NCBI GenBank assembly: GCA_009908845.1
Contig: JAAAOQ010000221.1
Span: 13,048 to 77,047, forward strand
Direction: 5' to 3'
From: Gammaproteobacteria bacterium
GTDB taxonomy: Bacteria; Pseudomonadota; Gammaproteobacteria; Chromatiales; Chromatiaceae
DNA length: 64,000 bases
The notes under the pieces are model-generated. The model worked only from the letters and a program-made list of their open reading frames with translations, had not been told where the DNA came from and did not search any database. Below, one piece after another: positions 36,070 through 47,888 of the stretch (the stretch's first letter is position 1; every line of letters begins with the position of its first letter). The translations under genes and the position numbers were made by a program.

Positions 36070-36546
36070 ATGAATAGAGTCCCGCTTACCGCAAGAGGCG
36101 CAGATCAGCTGCGTGAAGAGCTGGAACGTCTCAAGCGCGTTGAGCGCCCACGCATCATCGAGGCGATCGCCGAGGCCCGCGCTCATGGTGATCTGAAGGA
36201 GAACGCTGAGTATCACGCGGCGCGCGAGCAGCAGGGCTTTGTCGAAGGCCGGATTAAAGAGATCGAGAGCAAGCTCTCCAATGCCGAGATCATCGATGTC
36301 ACCAAGCTCAATGCCGGTGGCCGGGTGGTGTTCGGTGCGACCGTCGATGTGCTCGAGATCGATAAGGACGAGGAGCATACCTTTGTGATCGTCGGTGACG
36401 ACGAGGCTGATATCAAGCAGGGCAAGGTCTCGGTGAGCTCGCCGATCGCGCGCGGGCTGATCGGTAAGAGCGAAGGTGATACGGCGTTGGTCGATGCCCC
36501 CGGCGGACGGCGCGAGTTCGAGATCCTGGAAGTGCGTTACGAATGA
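36070..36546 (+). CDS. greA: Transcription elongation factor GreA
   Basis: [19 protein letters not shown]; canonical carA-carB-greA order. Confidence 0.97.
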   Translation: MNRVPLTARGADQLREELERLKRVERPRIIEAIAEARAHGDLKENAEYHAAREQQGFVEGRIKEIESKLSNAEIIDVTKLNAGGRVVFGATVDVLEIDKDEEHTFVIVGDDEADIKQGKVSVSSPIARGLIGKSEGDTALVDAPGGRREFEILEVRYE

Positions 36547-36814
36547 CGCGGTGCTTGGATCGCGCCACGCTGCGCTGAACAAACCCGCGTCAATTGGCCT
36601 GTCTGATGTTGGTGGAGAGCAGCGCTCCGGTCACGATCCGGTGTGGATGAGGAAGACGCGGAGGTCGTCGCCGCACCCGCGACCGGCTCGTGCGTTGGGC
36701 GGGTCTGGGTGCCAGGGTAGGGAGACCCCTGAAAAGGTTCGCTTGCGGCCATTACCCGCGCCCCCTTAGCATGGCGCGCTTCGATGCCTGCTCGTGTCCG
36801 CGGAGCCTAACCCC

Positions 36815-37720
36815 ATGCCGTTCGACCACCAACAGCCCCCCCTCGTCTTCGGTGAGGCCCTCTTCGACTGCTTTCCCGATGGCGCCGAGGTCCTCGGCGG
36901 GGCGCCGTTCAACGTCGCATGGCATTTGGCCGCGTTCGGATTGGAGCCAGTATTCTTGAGCCGGATTGGCGAGGACGAGCTTGGTGAGCGGATCGATGCG
37001 GCGATGCGGGAGCGTGGGCTCTCGATGCTCGGTCTGCAACGGGACCCGGAACATCCGACCGGTACCGTGAAGGTGTCGTTGTCGGGTGGCGAGCCGAGCT
37101 ACGAGATCGTCGCCGATCGGGCCTACGATCACATCGATGCGGCCGCGCTGCCACCGTTGCCGGAACAGGCGCTGCTCTACCACGGCAGTCTGGCGCTCCG
37201 CAACGGTGTCTCGGACGATGCGTTGCGGGCATTACGCGGGCGCCTGGACCCGGCTGTGTTCATGGATGTGAATCTGCGCGATCCCTGGTGGCAGAAGGAC
37301 CAGCTCAGCGCGCTGCTGGAGGCGGCAACCTGGGTCAAATTGAATGCGGACGAGCTGGCGTTGCTGGCACCGGATGGTGACGACATCGAGAATCAGGCTC
37401 AGCGGTTGCGCGAGCGATATGAGCTCGAGACCCTGTTCGTCACCCTCGGCGCGCGCGGGGCGTTTGCGCTGAGTGCCGACGGGACGCTGGACCGCGTCCA
37501 ACCGGCTGGAAGCATTGACGTGGTCGATGCGGTCGGGGCCGGCGATGGGTTTGCGTCGGTGCTGATCCTCGGGCTGATGAAGCGCTGGCCGATCCGAGAG
37601 GCCCTCGAACGCGCCCAGGCGTTTGCGTCGGCCATCGTCGGTCAGCGCGGCGCGACCGTCCGTGACGACGGTTTCTATCAACCGTTCTTCGAGGCTTGGG
37701 GCCTCGATGGGGCGGCGTGA
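36815..37720 (+). CDS. PfkB family carbohydrate kinase (likely fructokinase)
   Basis: [29 protein letters not shown]; directly upstream of sucrose synthase. Confidence 0.9.
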   Translation: MPFDHQQPPLVFGEALFDCFPDGAEVLGGAPFNVAWHLAAFGLEPVFLSRIGEDELGERIDAAMRERGLSMLGLQRDPEHPTGTVKVSLSGGEPSYEIVADRAYDHIDAAALPPLPEQALLYHGSLALRNGVSDDALRALRGRLDPAVFMDVNLRDPWWQKDQLSALLEAATWVKLNADELALLAPDGDDIENQAQRLRERYELETLFVTLGARGAFALSADGTLDRVQPAGSIDVVDAVGAGDGFASVLILGLMKRWPIREALERAQAFASAIVGQRGATVRDDGFYQPFFEAWGLDGAA

Positions 37721-37731
37721 GGCGCGCATCG

Positions 37732-40137
37732 ATGCAAACCGAGGTCCCCAACGCGCGCATCCCGGCCCTGGCGGCCTTCCTTGCCGAGCATCGGAGCACC
37801 GCACATCGGGTGATGCATCACCTGATCGGATTGCAACGGCCGTTCCTGCTCAAGAGCGACCTCCATGACGCTGTCGACGAGCTCTCTCGGGATGACAAGG
37901 AGATCGCCGATACCGCGCTCGGGCGAGCCTTGTATCAGGCCCAGGAGGCCGCGATCGACGCGTCCTGGGTGTACCTGGCGCTGCGGCGGCGTGTCGCGAA
38001 GTGGGACTATCTGCGTATCCACCTGGAGACGATGGACCTAAACGAGGTCAGCGTCTCCGAGTTCTTGCGCTTCAAGGAGCACCTGGCAAGCGGGGGCTAT
38101 GATGACCCCTTCGGCCTCGAGATCGATCTGCAGCCGTTCTACCGCGAGCAGCAGAAGCTCAGCGAGGAGGGCTCGATCGGGCGCGGCGTCGAGTTCCTGA
38201 ACCGGCGCCTCTCGAGCCGGCTGTTCGACGAGCTCGGCAAGGGCGATCAGCGCCTGCTCGGGTTCTTGAGCATGCACAGCTACCGCGGTCATCAGCTGAT
38301 GCTGAATGAGGCGATCGGCAGCGTCGCCGAGCTGCGCAACGGGTTACGCCAGGCGATGATCCCGCTGCGGCGGCGACCGAGCCATACCCCTTACAGCGAG
38401 CTTGCGAACGAGCTGCGCAGCTTCGGCTTCGAGGCCGGCTGGGGCAACGATGCCGCACGTATCCGCGAGACCATGGGCCTGCTGCTGGATATCCTCGAGG
38501 CGCCCTCGCCGCGGTCGCTGGAGGCCTTCCTGAGCCGGGTGCCGATGATCTTCTCGATCGCGATCGTCTCGCCCCATGGCTGGTTCGGTCAGTCCAATGT
38601 GCTTGGACGCCCGGACACCGGCGGTCAGGTGGTCTACATCCTCGACCAGGTCCGGGCGGTGGAGCGCGAGATGCACCGACGCCTGGCCGAGCAGGGCATC
38701 GATATCGAGCCGCGCGTTGTGGTGCTGACGCGGCTGATCCCCGAGGCCGAGGGCACCATGTGCAATGAGCGCCTGGAGCCCATCGCCGGTACCCGCAATG
38801 CGGTGATCCTGCGCGTGCCGTTCCGCAACGAGGCTGGAGAGGTCCTACCGCATTGGGTCTCTCGGTTTCGTATCTGGCCCTATCTCGAGCGCTTTGCGCT
38901 CGACGCCGAGCGCGAGCTGCTGGCCGAGCTTGGCGGGCGGCCGGACCTGATCATCGGCAACTACTCCGATGGCAACCTGGTCGCCTCGTTGCTCTCACAG
39001 CGCCTCGATGTCAGCCAGTGCAACATCGCCCATGCGCTGGAGAAGACCAAGTACCTGTTCTCGGACCTGTACTGGCGTGATAACGAGGAGCATTATCACT
39101 TTTCGGCGCAATTCACCGCCGACCTGATTGCGATGAACACCGCCGACTTCGTGATCACCAGCACCTATCAGGAGATCGCCGGCACCGACGACAGCGTCGG
39201 TCAGTACGAGAGCTATACCAACTTCACGATGCCGGGCCTCTACCGCGTCGTCTCCGGCCTCGATGTCTATGACCCGAAGTTCAACATCGTCTCGCCTGGG
39301 GCGGACGAAGAGATCTATTTCCCCTATACCGAGCCTGAGCGCAGACTCAGTCACCTCCAGCCGGAGATCGGCGAGCTGATCGACGGTGGACCTCGCGCCG
39401 GCGAGTCGCGCGGGGTGCTGACCGAGCGTGAGCGCCCGCTGCTGTTCACGATGGCGCGGCTCGATCGGATCAAGAATATCAGTGGGCTGATCGACTGGTA
39501 TGGCCGAAGCCCGGAGCTGCGTGAGCAGGTGAACCTGCTGGTGGTCGCTGGCCATGTTGATCCGCAGCGCTCTGGAGACGATGAAGAGCGCGAGCAGATC
39601 CATCGTGTGCATGCGCTGTTCGATGCGCATCAGCTCGATGGGCAGGTGCGGTGGCTCGGTATCCACCTGGAGAAGCCCCTGGCGGGCGAGCTCTATCGGA
39701 CCATCGCCGATCGGCGTGGAGTCTTCGTCCAGCCGGCGCTGTTCGAGGCCTTCGGCTTGACGGTGATCGAGGCGATGAGCTGCGGCCTCCCGGTCTTTGC
39801 GACCCGCTATGGTGGGCCGCTCGAGATCATCGAGGACGGGATCTCGGGGTTCCATATCGACCCCAATCACGGTGAAGCCGCAACCACGCTGATCGCCGAG
39901 TTCTTTCGTCAATGCGATGATGACCCAAGGCACTGGGATGCGCTCTCCGCAGGCGCCCTGGCCCGAGTCGAGGAACGCTACACCTGGCGCCGCTATGCAG
40001 AGCGGATGATGACCCTGTCACGGGTCTATGGGTTTTGGAAGTTCGTGACCAATCTCGAGCGTAAGGAGACGATGCGCTATCTGGAGATGTTCTACGGCCT
40101 TCAGTATCGGCCGCTCGCGAGGGCGGTGCCGGGATGA
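37732..40137 (+). CDS. Sucrose synthase
   Basis: [60 protein letters not shown]. Confidence 0.95.
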   Translation: MQTEVPNARIPALAAFLAEHRSTAHRVMHHLIGLQRPFLLKSDLHDAVDELSRDDKEIADTALGRALYQAQEAAIDASWVYLALRRRVAKWDYLRIHLETMDLNEVSVSEFLRFKEHLASGGYDDPFGLEIDLQPFYREQQKLSEEGSIGRGVEFLNRRLSSRLFDELGKGDQRLLGFLSMHSYRGHQLMLNEAIGSVAELRNGLRQAMIPLRRRPSHTPYSELANELRSFGFEAGWGNDAARIRETMGLLLDILEAPSPRSLEAFLSRVPMIFSIAIVSPHGWFGQSNVLGRPDTGGQVVYILDQVRAVEREMHRRLAEQGIDIEPRVVVLTRLIPEAEGTMCNERLEPIAGTRNAVILRVPFRNEAGEVLPHWVSRFRIWPYLERFALDAERELLAELGGRPDLIIGNYSDGNLVASLLSQRLDVSQCNIAHALEKTKYLFSDLYWRDNEEHYHFSAQFTADLIAMNTADFVITSTYQEIAGTDDSVGQYESYTNFTMPGLYRVVSGLDVYDPKFNIVSPGADEEIYFPYTEPERRLSHLQPEIGELIDGGPRAGESRGVLTERERPLLFTMARLDRIKNISGLIDWYGRSPELREQVNLLVVAGHVDPQRSGDDEEREQIHRVHALFDAHQLDGQVRWLGIHLEKPLAGELYRTIADRRGVFVQPALFEAFGLTVIEAMSCGLPVFATRYGGPLEIIEDGISGFHIDPNHGEAATTLIAEFFRQCDDDPRHWDALSAGALARVEERYTWRRYAERMMTLSRVYGFWKFVTNLERKETMRYLEMFYGLQYRPLARAVPG

Positions 40138-40162
40138 TCATCAGCCGCCGGGTGCGAATGCG

Positions 40163-40927
40163 ATGTCGAGCCTGATCCTGCTTCGACGGCCCGGGAACGA
40201 CTGGCCGCTGCTGGTTGCCGCGAATCGAGACGAGCGGGTCTCGCGGCCAGCAAGACCGCCGGGCCGACACTGGCCCGAATGGCCCGAGGTCGTGGCCGGG
40301 CTGGACGAGGTCGGTAACGGCTCTTGGCTCGGTATCAATGACCACGGGCTAGTGGCCGCTGTGCTGGATCGGCCGGACAGTCTCGGCCCCCATCCGGAGC
40401 GTCGCAGCCGGGGCGAGCTGGTGCTCGAGGCCCTGGATCACGCCGAGGCCCAGGAGACAGCGGGAGCGCTGGCCGATCTGCACCCGGATGCCTATGCCCC
40501 ATTCAATCTGATCATTGCCGATCCGCGTCGAGCCTATTGGCTGCGTCACGGGGGCGATGGTGAGATACGGGTCCATCCGATCGCCGATGGACTGCATATG
40601 ATCGCTTCGACCGAGCTCGACGATCTGGCACATCCTCGGGTCGGGCGCTTTCTACCGCAGTTTCGCAATGCGATGGCGCCGACATTCGCCGACGATGCGC
40701 AGCTGGCTGCATTCGCAGAGTGGATCGCGCTGCTCCAATCGCGCGATGGCGGTGGTGACGCCTCAGCGGCCATGAACCTGCGGTTGGACCTCGATGGAGA
40801 GGTCCTTGCGACCGTCTCTTCAAGCCTCATCGCAATGCCCGCCTATCCGGGGTTCGAATGCCGCGCACGCTGGTGGCATGCCCAGGGCGCGCCGGATGAG
40901 GTGCCGTTCGTCGAGATCGAGACCTGA
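40163..40927 (+). CDS. NRDE/TANGO2 family protein
   Basis: VAANRDE, GSWLGIN, SRGELV, PFNL. Confidence 0.88.
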   Translation: MSSLILLRRPGNDWPLLVAANRDERVSRPARPPGRHWPEWPEVVAGLDEVGNGSWLGINDHGLVAAVLDRPDSLGPHPERRSRGELVLEALDHAEAQETAGALADLHPDAYAPFNLIIADPRRAYWLRHGGDGEIRVHPIADGLHMIASTELDDLAHPRVGRFLPQFRNAMAPTFADDAQLAAFAEWIALLQSRDGGGDASAAMNLRLDLDGEVLATVSSSLIAMPAYPGFECRARWWHAQGAPDEVPFVEIET

Positions 40928-41066
40928 CTAGCGAGCCGTGCAGGCTTCGGTTGCCTGCGGCCATCCCTGAACCGTCCGGACTGACTAGAGAGCACCCGAG
41001 CAGGCGCTCGGGCAGATGGCAGCGAAAGGTCCGGGCTGTGAATCGACCCAATGCTACGGAGATCCT

Positions 41067-41522
41067 ATGACGCGCAGAGACCACCGTCGGACCAGCTGGC
41101 TTAGGTTATCGCTCATCGTCTGCCTCGGAGCAGCCGGTCTGGCGGGTGCCGCCGAGGAGCAGGCAACCGACCGCCTCGAGCTAGTCTGTCGTGAGCAACC
41201 GATGCGAGCGGTGAGCTTCGGCGAGCCGGGTGAGGTCAGCTACGGTGAGCAGCCACCGCAGGAGACTGAGCCGGTGATGCTGACTGTCACCAAGACCGCA
41301 CCCGGTGAGGACTTCCATTTCGATTACGCCAGCATTGAGGCGGGCCGGTCTTATCTGGCGGTTGAGGAGGCGATCTGGATCAGCGGCAAGCAGATCGAGG
41401 CCCAAGAGGGCCGCTTCAAGATCAACCTTGACAACCTGGTGATGACGCTCACCGAGACCGACCCGGACGGCAGCGCCCGTTTTCGCCGCTTCCAGTGCGA
41501 GGGGCAGGGCGCGCCACAGTAG
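41067..41522 (+). CDS. Hypothetical exported protein
   Basis: GGAG RBS, basic N-terminus and hydrophobic signal ending AGA-A; two Cys in the mature part. Confidence 0.65.
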   Translation: MTRRDHRRTSWLRLSLIVCLGAAGLAGAAEEQATDRLELVCREQPMRAVSFGEPGEVSYGEQPPQETEPVMLTVTKTAPGEDFHFDYASIEAGRSYLAVEEAIWISGKQIEAQEGRFKINLDNLVMTLTETDPDGSARFRRFQCEGQGAPQ

Positions 41523-41611
41523 GGCGGTCGTGACTGTGACCGGAAACAGCCGCGACCTCGGGCGCAAGCGCCAAGAACGTTGTACTTCGGGCGTGTCCGA
41601 GCAATCGAATA

Positions 41612-42328
41612 TCATAGCGCTTGCGATCGGATCGCCGTCACGGTCGCAAACGCGCCGTCGACCTCCCAATCGATGTCCAACGCGTAGAGCTCGAGCGAGA
41701 ACTGGCGGCGTTCCGGGTAACGATCCATATAGCCCGGGCGCGGGTCCTGGGCGATGACCTGCTCGATCAGCTCGGCGAGGCGCCGCCGGCCGTCGGGGTC
41801 ATGCTCGGCGATCGCGTGTCGCGCCTGCTCGCTGAACCGCACCTCGAAGCGGGAGCCGGGCGGTTTCTGCGCGAAGCCGCCCGCGGCCTCGGTGATCGCA
41901 TCGGCGTAGGGCACATAGGGCTTGATGTCGAGGATCGGCGTGCCGTCGAGCAGATCGGCCCCGGCGACCCGCAGCGACAGGCGCTTGCCGTCGCGCTCGA
42001 GGCCGTGCTGGGCCACAGCCGAGATCCCGATCGGGTTGGGCCGATACGGTGAGCGGCTCGCGAAGACGCCGACCTTGTCCCGGCCGCCGAGCCGTGGCGG
42101 GCGCACCTGGGGCTTCCAGCCCGCGTCGAGGCAATCGTCGTGGAACACGAAGAGGAGCCAGACGTGCGAGAAGCCTTCGAGTCCGGCGAATGCCTCCTCG
42201 CGGGCATAGGGCGGCAGCAGCTCGATGCGCGCCTCGGCGGCCGTGACCAGGCGCGGCTGACGCGGGATGCCGAACTTGTCGGTGTAGGGCGAGCGGCAGA
42301 GGCCGATGGGGTCGAAGTCAAAGCTCAT
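41612..42328 (-). CDS. tsaA: tRNA t6A37 N6-methyltransferase TrmO
   Basis: KFGIPRQP, VRPPRLGG, GVFASRSPYRPNPIG, LLDGTPILDIKPY, QDPRP. Confidence 0.95.
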   Translation of the reverse strand: MSFDFDPIGLCRSPYTDKFGIPRQPRLVTAAEARIELLPPYAREEAFAGLEGFSHVWLLFVFHDDCLDAGWKPQVRPPRLGGRDKVGVFASRSPYRPNPIGISAVAQHGLERDGKRLSLRVAGADLLDGTPILDIKPYVPYADAITEAAGGFAQKPPGSRFEVRFSEQARHAIAEHDPDGRRRLAELIEQVIAQDPRPGYMDRYPERRQFSLELYALDIDWEVDGAFATVTAIRSQAL

Positions 42329-42341
42329 AGCAGGGGACTAC

Positions 42342-42401
42342 CGACTGGTTCAAGAGCATCGCGCACATCTACTGAGGTCTTGGCGTGAGCATTTCTCCTA
42401 A
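42342..42401 (+). pseudogene. 3' remnant of a DUF4160-type gene
   Basis: Frame reads [19 protein letters not shown] and overlaps the DUF2442 start, as expected for the C-terminus of DUF4160 partners. Confidence 0.55.
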
Positions 42402-42633
42402 AGCTGCGTCTTGCGACGACGATAATCTATGGGTTGAGCTAAGCGACGGACGTACGATTGGCGTCCCGCTTGCCTGGTTCCCGCGTCTACTTGCCGCAAC
42501 CCCTTCGGAGCGGGCCGTCTATGAATTGAGTGCACGAGGCATTCATTGGGACGCCCTGGACGAAGATATCTCGGTTGAGGGTCTACTGTCCGGACAGGGT
42601 GACCAGACACAACGGAGACACGAAGCTGCATGA
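42385..42633 (+). CDS. DUF2442 domain protein
   Basis: [21 protein letters not shown]...[17 protein letters not shown]. Confidence 0.9.
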   Translation: MSISPKAASCDDDNLWVELSDGRTIGVPLAWFPRLLAATPSERAVYELSARGIHWDALDEDISVEGLLSGQGDQTQRRHEAA

Positions 42634-42763
42634 GCAAACAACGTGGCACCAAGTAGAGGGGTCGCTCACTCGACTTAGGCCGCGCCGCGTAGTCCGTTGC
42701 CGGTTAGGAGGTCGCGTATCATCCAGGCGTGTTCCCGTTATGATCCTGTGTGGAGTCTTATTG

Positions 42764-45700
42764 ATGCGCATGCTGCGCGGCGTGCCCGCCCTGTCCGATT
42801 TTCGTCTGTCTAAGCTCGAGGCGCGGCTGCGCGCGGCTGGCGTGCCGCCCTGTCGGTTGTCCGCGACCTTCGTCCATTTCGTCGACCTCGCGCGCGCGCT
42901 CGAGGCCGACGAAGAAGCGGTGCTGGAGCGGCTGCTGCGCTATGGGCCGGCCGCGCCCTCCGACCTGGCGGGGTCGTCGGCTGGCGAGAGCAGCGCAGGC
43001 GAGACGCTGCTGGTGGTCCCGCGTCCCGGCACGATCTCCCCCTGGTCCTCGAAGGCGACCGATATCGCCCAGCACTGCGGGTTGGACGCGGTGCGCCGGC
43101 TCGAGCGCGGGACGCTCTTCAGCCTGCGCCCAGAGGCGGGCGCTGCGCACGCCATCGCGGGGGTCGACGCCGCCGTACTCGATGACGGTGAGCTCGGTGA
43201 CCATGGGCTTGATGAGAGTGGGCTCGACACCGGGTGGCTCGAGATTGCGGCAGCCCTGCTGCACGACCGCATGACCGAGATTGTGCTGCGCGATCCGACC
43301 GCGGCCGAGCGGCTGTTCGAGCAGGCCGAGCCGAAGCCGATGCAGACGATCCCCTTGCTACGGGACGGCCCGGTCGCGCTCGAGCAGGCCAATCTGGAGC
43401 TTGGCCTCGCCCTCTCGCCCGACGAGATCGCCTATCTCGCCGAGAGCTTCGGTTCGCTGCAGCGCGATCCGAGCGACGTCGAGCTGATGATGTTCGCGCA
43501 GGCCAACTCCGAGCACTGCCGGCACAAGATCTTCAACGCCGACTGGATCATCGATGGCGAGCGCCAACCCGAGTCGCTGTTCGCGATGATCCGCCGCAGC
43601 ACCGCCGCGGCGCCCGCCGGCGTGCTCTCGGCCTATCGCGACAATGCCGCGGTGATCCGCGGCTGGCCGGCGCGGCGCTTCGCGGTCGCGGCCGAGGACC
43701 AGGTCTATCGGGCGACGGACGAGCCGCTGCACATCCTGTTCAAGGTCGAGACCCACAACCATCCGACCGCGATCGCGCCCGACCCCGGCGCCGCGACCGG
43801 CTCGGGCGGTGAGATCCGCGACGAGGGCGCGACCGGGCGCGGCGCCAAGCCCAAGGCCGGCCTGTGCGGCTTCTCGGTCTCCAACCTGCGCATCCCGGGC
43901 GCCGAGCTGCCCTGGGAGCGCGACTGGGGCAGACCGTCGCGGATCTGCTCGGCGCTGGAGATCATGCGCGACGGACCGATCGGCGCCGCCGCGTTCAACA
44001 ACGAGTTTGGCCGGCCCTGCCTGGCCGGCTACTTCCGGACCTTCGAGCAGCCGATCCCGCGCGCCGACGGCGGTGTCGAGCTGCGCGGCTATCACAAGCC
44101 GATCATGCTCGCCGGCGGCGCCGGCGCGGTGCGCGCCGAGCATGTCGAGAAGGGTGGCTTCCCGGCCGGTGCGCCGCTGGTCGTGCTCGGCGGCCCGGCG
44201 ATGCTGATCGGCCTCGGCGGCGGCGCGGCCTCGAGCATGACCAGCGGCGCCAGCGCCGAGGACCTGGACTTCGCGTCGGTGCAGCGCGCGAACCCGGAGA
44301 TGCAGCGCCGCTGTCAGGAGGTCATCGACCGCTGCAACGCGCGCGGCGAGCAGAGCCCGATCCTGTTCATCCACGATGTCGGCGCCGGCGGGCTGTCCAA
44401 CGCCCTGCCGGAGCTGGTCCACGATGGCGGCCGCGGCGGACGTTTCGAGCTGCGCCGGGTGCCGAACGCCGATCCGGGCATGTCGCCGATGGCGATCTGG
44501 TGCAACGAGGCGCAGGAGCGGTATGTGCTGGCCATCGATCCGCAGCGCCAGGCCGAATTCGAGGCCATCTGCGCCCGCGAGCGCTGCCCCTATGCGATCG
44601 TCGGCGCGGCGACCGATGCCGAGCGGCTGGTGCTCGAGGATGCCCAGTTCGGCACGGTCCCCATCGATATGCCGTTGTCCCTGCTCCTCGGCAAGCCGCC
44701 GCAGATGCTGCGCGATCTGGTCTCGCTGCCGGCGGTCGGTGATCGGCTCGACCTCGCGACCATCGATCCCGATGAGGCCGCGCGTCGGGTGCTGCGGCTG
44801 CCGACGGTCGGCTGCAAGACCTTCCTGATCACGATCGGCGACCGCAGCGTCGGCGGGCTGGTCGCGCGCGATCAGATGGTCGGTCCCTGGCAGGTGCCGG
44901 TGGCCGACTGCGCGGTGACCCTGACCGACTTCGAGGGCTATCACGGCGAGGCGATGGCGATGGGCGAGCGCACGCCACTCGCGTTGCTCGACGCGCCGGC
45001 CTCGGGTCGCATGGCCGTCGCCGAGGCGATCACCAATATCGCCGCCGCCGATGTCGCGTCGCTTGGCGCTATCCGGCTGTCGGCGAACTGGATGGCCGCC
45101 GCCGGCCATCCCGGCGAGGATGCCAGGCTGTACGCGACCGTGCGCGCGGTCGGCGCCGAGCTCTGCCCGGCGCTCGGCATCGCGATCCCGGTCGGCAAGG
45201 ACTCGATGAGCATGAAGACGGTCTGGGAACGGCCGCGCGGCGGCGCGTTCGGGGCCGGGTTCAAGCCTGAGGACGGCCCCAATGAGGCAACCGATTCCGA
45301 GCCGCGCGATGGCGCCGATCCCGAGCCCGGCGCGCGCGACCTTGCTGGCGTTGAACGCGGCATTGGTGCGGCCTCCAGCGCCGCTAGCGGTGCAGGCGCG
45401 AGTGCGGGTGAGGGTGCCGATGACGAACCCGAGCGGGTCGAGATGACGGCGCCGCTGTCGTTGATCGTCTCGGCGGTCGCGCCGGTTGCCGATTCCCGAA
45501 GGAGTCTGACCCCTTGGTTGCGGCTCGATCGCGGTGAGACCTCGCTGGTCTTGATCGATCTTGGGCGTGGCCAGGACCGGCTCGGCGGCTCGGCGCTCGC
45601 GCAGGTCTACGAGCACATCGGCGAGACGCCGCCGGACCTCGATGAACCGGGTCTGCTGAAGGCGTTCTTCGCCGCGATTCAGGCGCTGAAGGCCGAGGGG

Positions 45701-47173
45701 CTGGTGCTGGCCTATCACGATCGCTCCGATGGAGGCCTGCTCGCGACCCTGTGCGAGATGGCCTTTGCCGGGCGCTGTGGGGTGGAATGCGATCTTGGGG
45801 CGCTGACTGCAGCCAGCGCATCGGCGGATTTGGGGTCATCAGGGTCGAGGACAGGCGAAGACGGTCTTGGCCGGCAGTCTCCGAGTGGCGCTAGTGCCAA
45901 TGGCAAAGGTGCAAGCGAGTCTACCGTAGGCGACGGGGCACGGGCGCGCAGAGACGCGCAGGCAGGTCATTGCGCGCAAGCAAGTGGTGATTCGGAAACA
46001 GGTAATGGTGGGCCTTCGATTGGCGCGGCGAGGCGCGATCCAATCGCGGCCTTGTTCAGCGAGGAGCTCGGGGCTGTCCTGCAGGTGCCGGCCGACCGGC
46101 TCGACGTCGTACTCGAGCGGCTTGAGCGTCATGGGCTCGGGGCCTGTAGCCAAGCGATCGGCGTCCCGCGCGCCGATCAGCGGATCATAATCGGCAGCGG
46201 CGAGCGATCGTTGGTCGATGCCTCGCGAGCCGAGCTGCAGCGGCTCTGGTTCGAGACCAGCTGGCAGATGCAGCGGCTGCGCGACAACCCGGATTGCGCC
46301 GACGAGGAGCAGGCCCGGATCGATGCCGATGATCCGGGCCTCAGCGCTGAGCTGTCCTTCGATCCGAGCGATGACATCGCCGCGCCGCTGATCGCGACTG
46401 GCGCCCGCCCGCGGCTCGCGGTGTTGCGCGAGCAGGGGGTCAATGGTCAGATCGAGATGGCGGCGGCGTTCGATCGCGCCGGCTTCGAGTGCGTCGATGT
46501 GCACATGTCCGATCTGCTCGACGGCCGCATCGGGCTCGAGGGCTTCCGCGGGCTCGCCGCCTGCGGCGGCTTCAGCTACGGCGACGTGCTCGGCGCCGGC
46601 GAGGGCTGGGCCAAGACCATCCTGTTCAACCCGCGCGCCCGTGATCAGTTCCAGGCCTTCTTCGCCCGCAGCGACAGCTTCGCGCTCGGTGTCTGCAACG
46701 GCTGCCAGATGCTGGCCAATCTGCGCGAGCTGATCCCGGGCGCCGACCATTGGCCGCACTTCGTGCGCAACCGCTCCGAGCAGTTCGAGGCGCGGCTGGT
46801 GATGGTCGAGGTGCGGGAGTCGCCGTCGCTGCTGTTGGACGGGATGGTCGGCTCGCGCCTGCCGATCGTGGTCTCGCACGGCGAGGGCCGCGCCGAGTTC
46901 CGCGATGCCGACCATCAGGGCGCCGCGTCACCGTTCGCACCGCTGCGCTACATCGAGACCAGCGGTGAGCCTGCATTGCGCTATCCGGCCAACCCGAACG
47001 GCTCACCGGACGGCATCACCGGCCTCTGCAATGCCGACGGCCGGATCACCATCATGATGCCGCACCCGGAGCGCATCTTTCGCAGCGTCCAGCACTCCTG
47101 GCACCCGGACGATTGGGGTGAGGACAGTCCTTGGATGCGGTTGTTCCGTAACGCGCGTGCTTGGGTGGGATGA
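42764..47173 (+). CDS. purL: Phosphoribosylformylglycinamidine synthase (large PurL) with insertions
   Basis: [43 protein letters not shown]. Confidence 0.97.
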   Translation: MRMLRGVPALSDFRLSKLEARLRAAGVPPCRLSATFVHFVDLARALEADEEAVLERLLRYGPAAPSDLAGSSAGESSAGETLLVVPRPGTISPWSSKATDIAQHCGLDAVRRLERGTLFSLRPEAGAAHAIAGVDAAVLDDGELGDHGLDESGLDTGWLEIAAALLHDRMTEIVLRDPTAAERLFEQAEPKPMQTIPLLRDGPVALEQANLELGLALSPDEIAYLAESFGSLQRDPSDVELMMFAQANSEHCRHKIFNADWIIDGERQPESLFAMIRRSTAAAPAGVLSAYRDNAAVIRGWPARRFAVAAEDQVYRATDEPLHILFKVETHNHPTAIAPDPGAATGSGGEIRDEGATGRGAKPKAGLCGFSVSNLRIPGAELPWERDWGRPSRICSALEIMRDGPIGAAAFNNEFGRPCLAGYFRTFEQPIPRADGGVELRGYHKPIMLAGGAGAVRAEHVEKGGFPAGAPLVVLGGPAMLIGLGGGAASSMTSGASAEDLDFASVQRANPEMQRRCQEVIDRCNARGEQSPILFIHDVGAGGLSNALPELVHDGGRGGRFELRRVPNADPGMSPMAIWCNEAQERYVLAIDPQRQAEFEAICARERCPYAIVGAATDAERLVLEDAQFGTVPIDMPLSLLLGKPPQMLRDLVSLPAVGDRLDLATIDPDEAARRVLRLPTVGCKTFLITIGDRSVGGLVARDQMVGPWQVPVADCAVTLTDFEGYHGEAMAMGERTPLALLDAPASGRMAVAEAITNIAAADVASLGAIRLSANWMAAAGHPGEDARLYATVRAVGAELCPALGIAIPVGKDSMSMKTVWERPRGGAFGAGFKPEDGPNEATDSEPRDGADPEPGARDLAGVERGIGAASSAASGAGASAGEGADDEPERVEMTAPLSLIVSAVAPVADSRRSLTPWLRLDRGETSLVLIDLGRGQDRLGGSALAQVYEHIGETPPDLDEPGLLKAFFAAIQALKAEGLVLAYHDRSDGGLLATLCEMAFAGRCGVECDLGALTAASASADLGSSGSRTGEDGLGRQSPSGASANGKGASESTVGDGARARRDAQAGHCAQASGDSETGNGGPSIGAARRDPIAALFSEELGAVLQVPADRLDVVLERLERHGLGACSQAIGVPRADQRIIIGSGERSLVDASRAELQRLWFETSWQMQRLRDNPDCADEEQARIDADDPGLSAELSFDPSDDIAAPLIATGARPRLAVLREQGVNGQIEMAAAFDRAGFECVDVHMSDLLDGRIGLEGFRGLAACGGFSYGDVLGAGEGWAKTILFNPRARDQFQAFFARSDSFALGVCNGCQMLANLRELIPGADHWPHFVRNRSEQFEARLVMVEVRESPSLLLDGMVGSRLPIVVSHGEGRAEFRDADHQGAASPFAPLRYIETSGEPALRYPANPNGSPDGITGLCNADGRITIMMPHPERIFRSVQHSWHPDDWGEDSPWMRLFRNARAWVG

Positions 47174-47231
47174 GTGTCGAGGAGGGTTAAGATGGGCCGT
47201 GAGTTCGTTGGAACAACGCTTGGAGATGGCC

Positions 47232-47450
47232 ATGCAAATCACAGTTGATATTCCCGACCCGCTTGCCGCTAAGCTTGAGGCGCTGCCTGACCCCGAAGGT
47301 TTCGTGGTGGAGCTATTGACCCGATCCTTAGACGGCGGTCTAGAAGAGGACCAGTGGTGGCAGTTGCTCCAGGAGATCGAGTCGGTGGCGGTTGACACCG
47401 GCGTTAGCGATCTAGCCGATCGGCATGATCACTATCTTGGGGCGCTGTAG
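47232..47450 (+). CDS. Putative antitoxin of the downstream PIN toxin
   Basis: 72 aa, MQITVDIPD RHH-like start, C-terminal DLADRHDHYL; 3 bp before the PIN gene. Confidence 0.7.
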   Translation: MQITVDIPDPLAAKLEALPDPEGFVVELLTRSLDGGLEEDQWWQLLQEIESVAVDTGVSDLADRHDHYLGAL

Positions 47451-47453
47451 TCA

Positions 47454-47870
47454 GTGCAGGTTTTCGTCGATACAGCGGCATTGGTCGCCCTGGGCAACCG
47501 CAGGGATGATTGGCATGCTGCGGCGGTTGCCGTGAGCCGTCAGCTGACGTTGGCGGGCTGTCGGTTTGTCACCACCGACGCCGTCCTGCTGGAAGTTGGT
47601 AACACCTTCAGCCGCGCGGATTACAAACCCATTGCCAATCGGTTGATCGGGACCGCCCAGCGCTCACAGAGCTGGCACTGTATTCCAGTCGATCGCGGCT
47701 TGTTCGATCGTGGGTTCGCGTTGTTTCGCGACCGGGCTGACAAGGATTGGAGCCTGACAGATTGCACAAGTGTCGTCGTGGCCCTCGATTTGGAGATTCA
47801 GCAGGTCTTTACTACCGACCGCCATTTCGCCCAAGCGGGTCTGCAAGTTCTGCTGGGGGATCCGGCGTGA
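47454..47870 (+). CDS. VapC-family PIN-domain toxin
   Basis: VFVDTAA, TTDAVLLE, DKDWSLTDCTS, FTTDRHFAQAG. Confidence 0.92.
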   Translation: MQVFVDTAALVALGNRRDDWHAAAVAVSRQLTLAGCRFVTTDAVLLEVGNTFSRADYKPIANRLIGTAQRSQSWHCIPVDRGLFDRGFALFRDRADKDWSLTDCTSVVVALDLEIQQVFTTDRHFAQAGLQVLLGDPA

Positions 47871-47888
47871 TTCCGATGGGCGATCACT

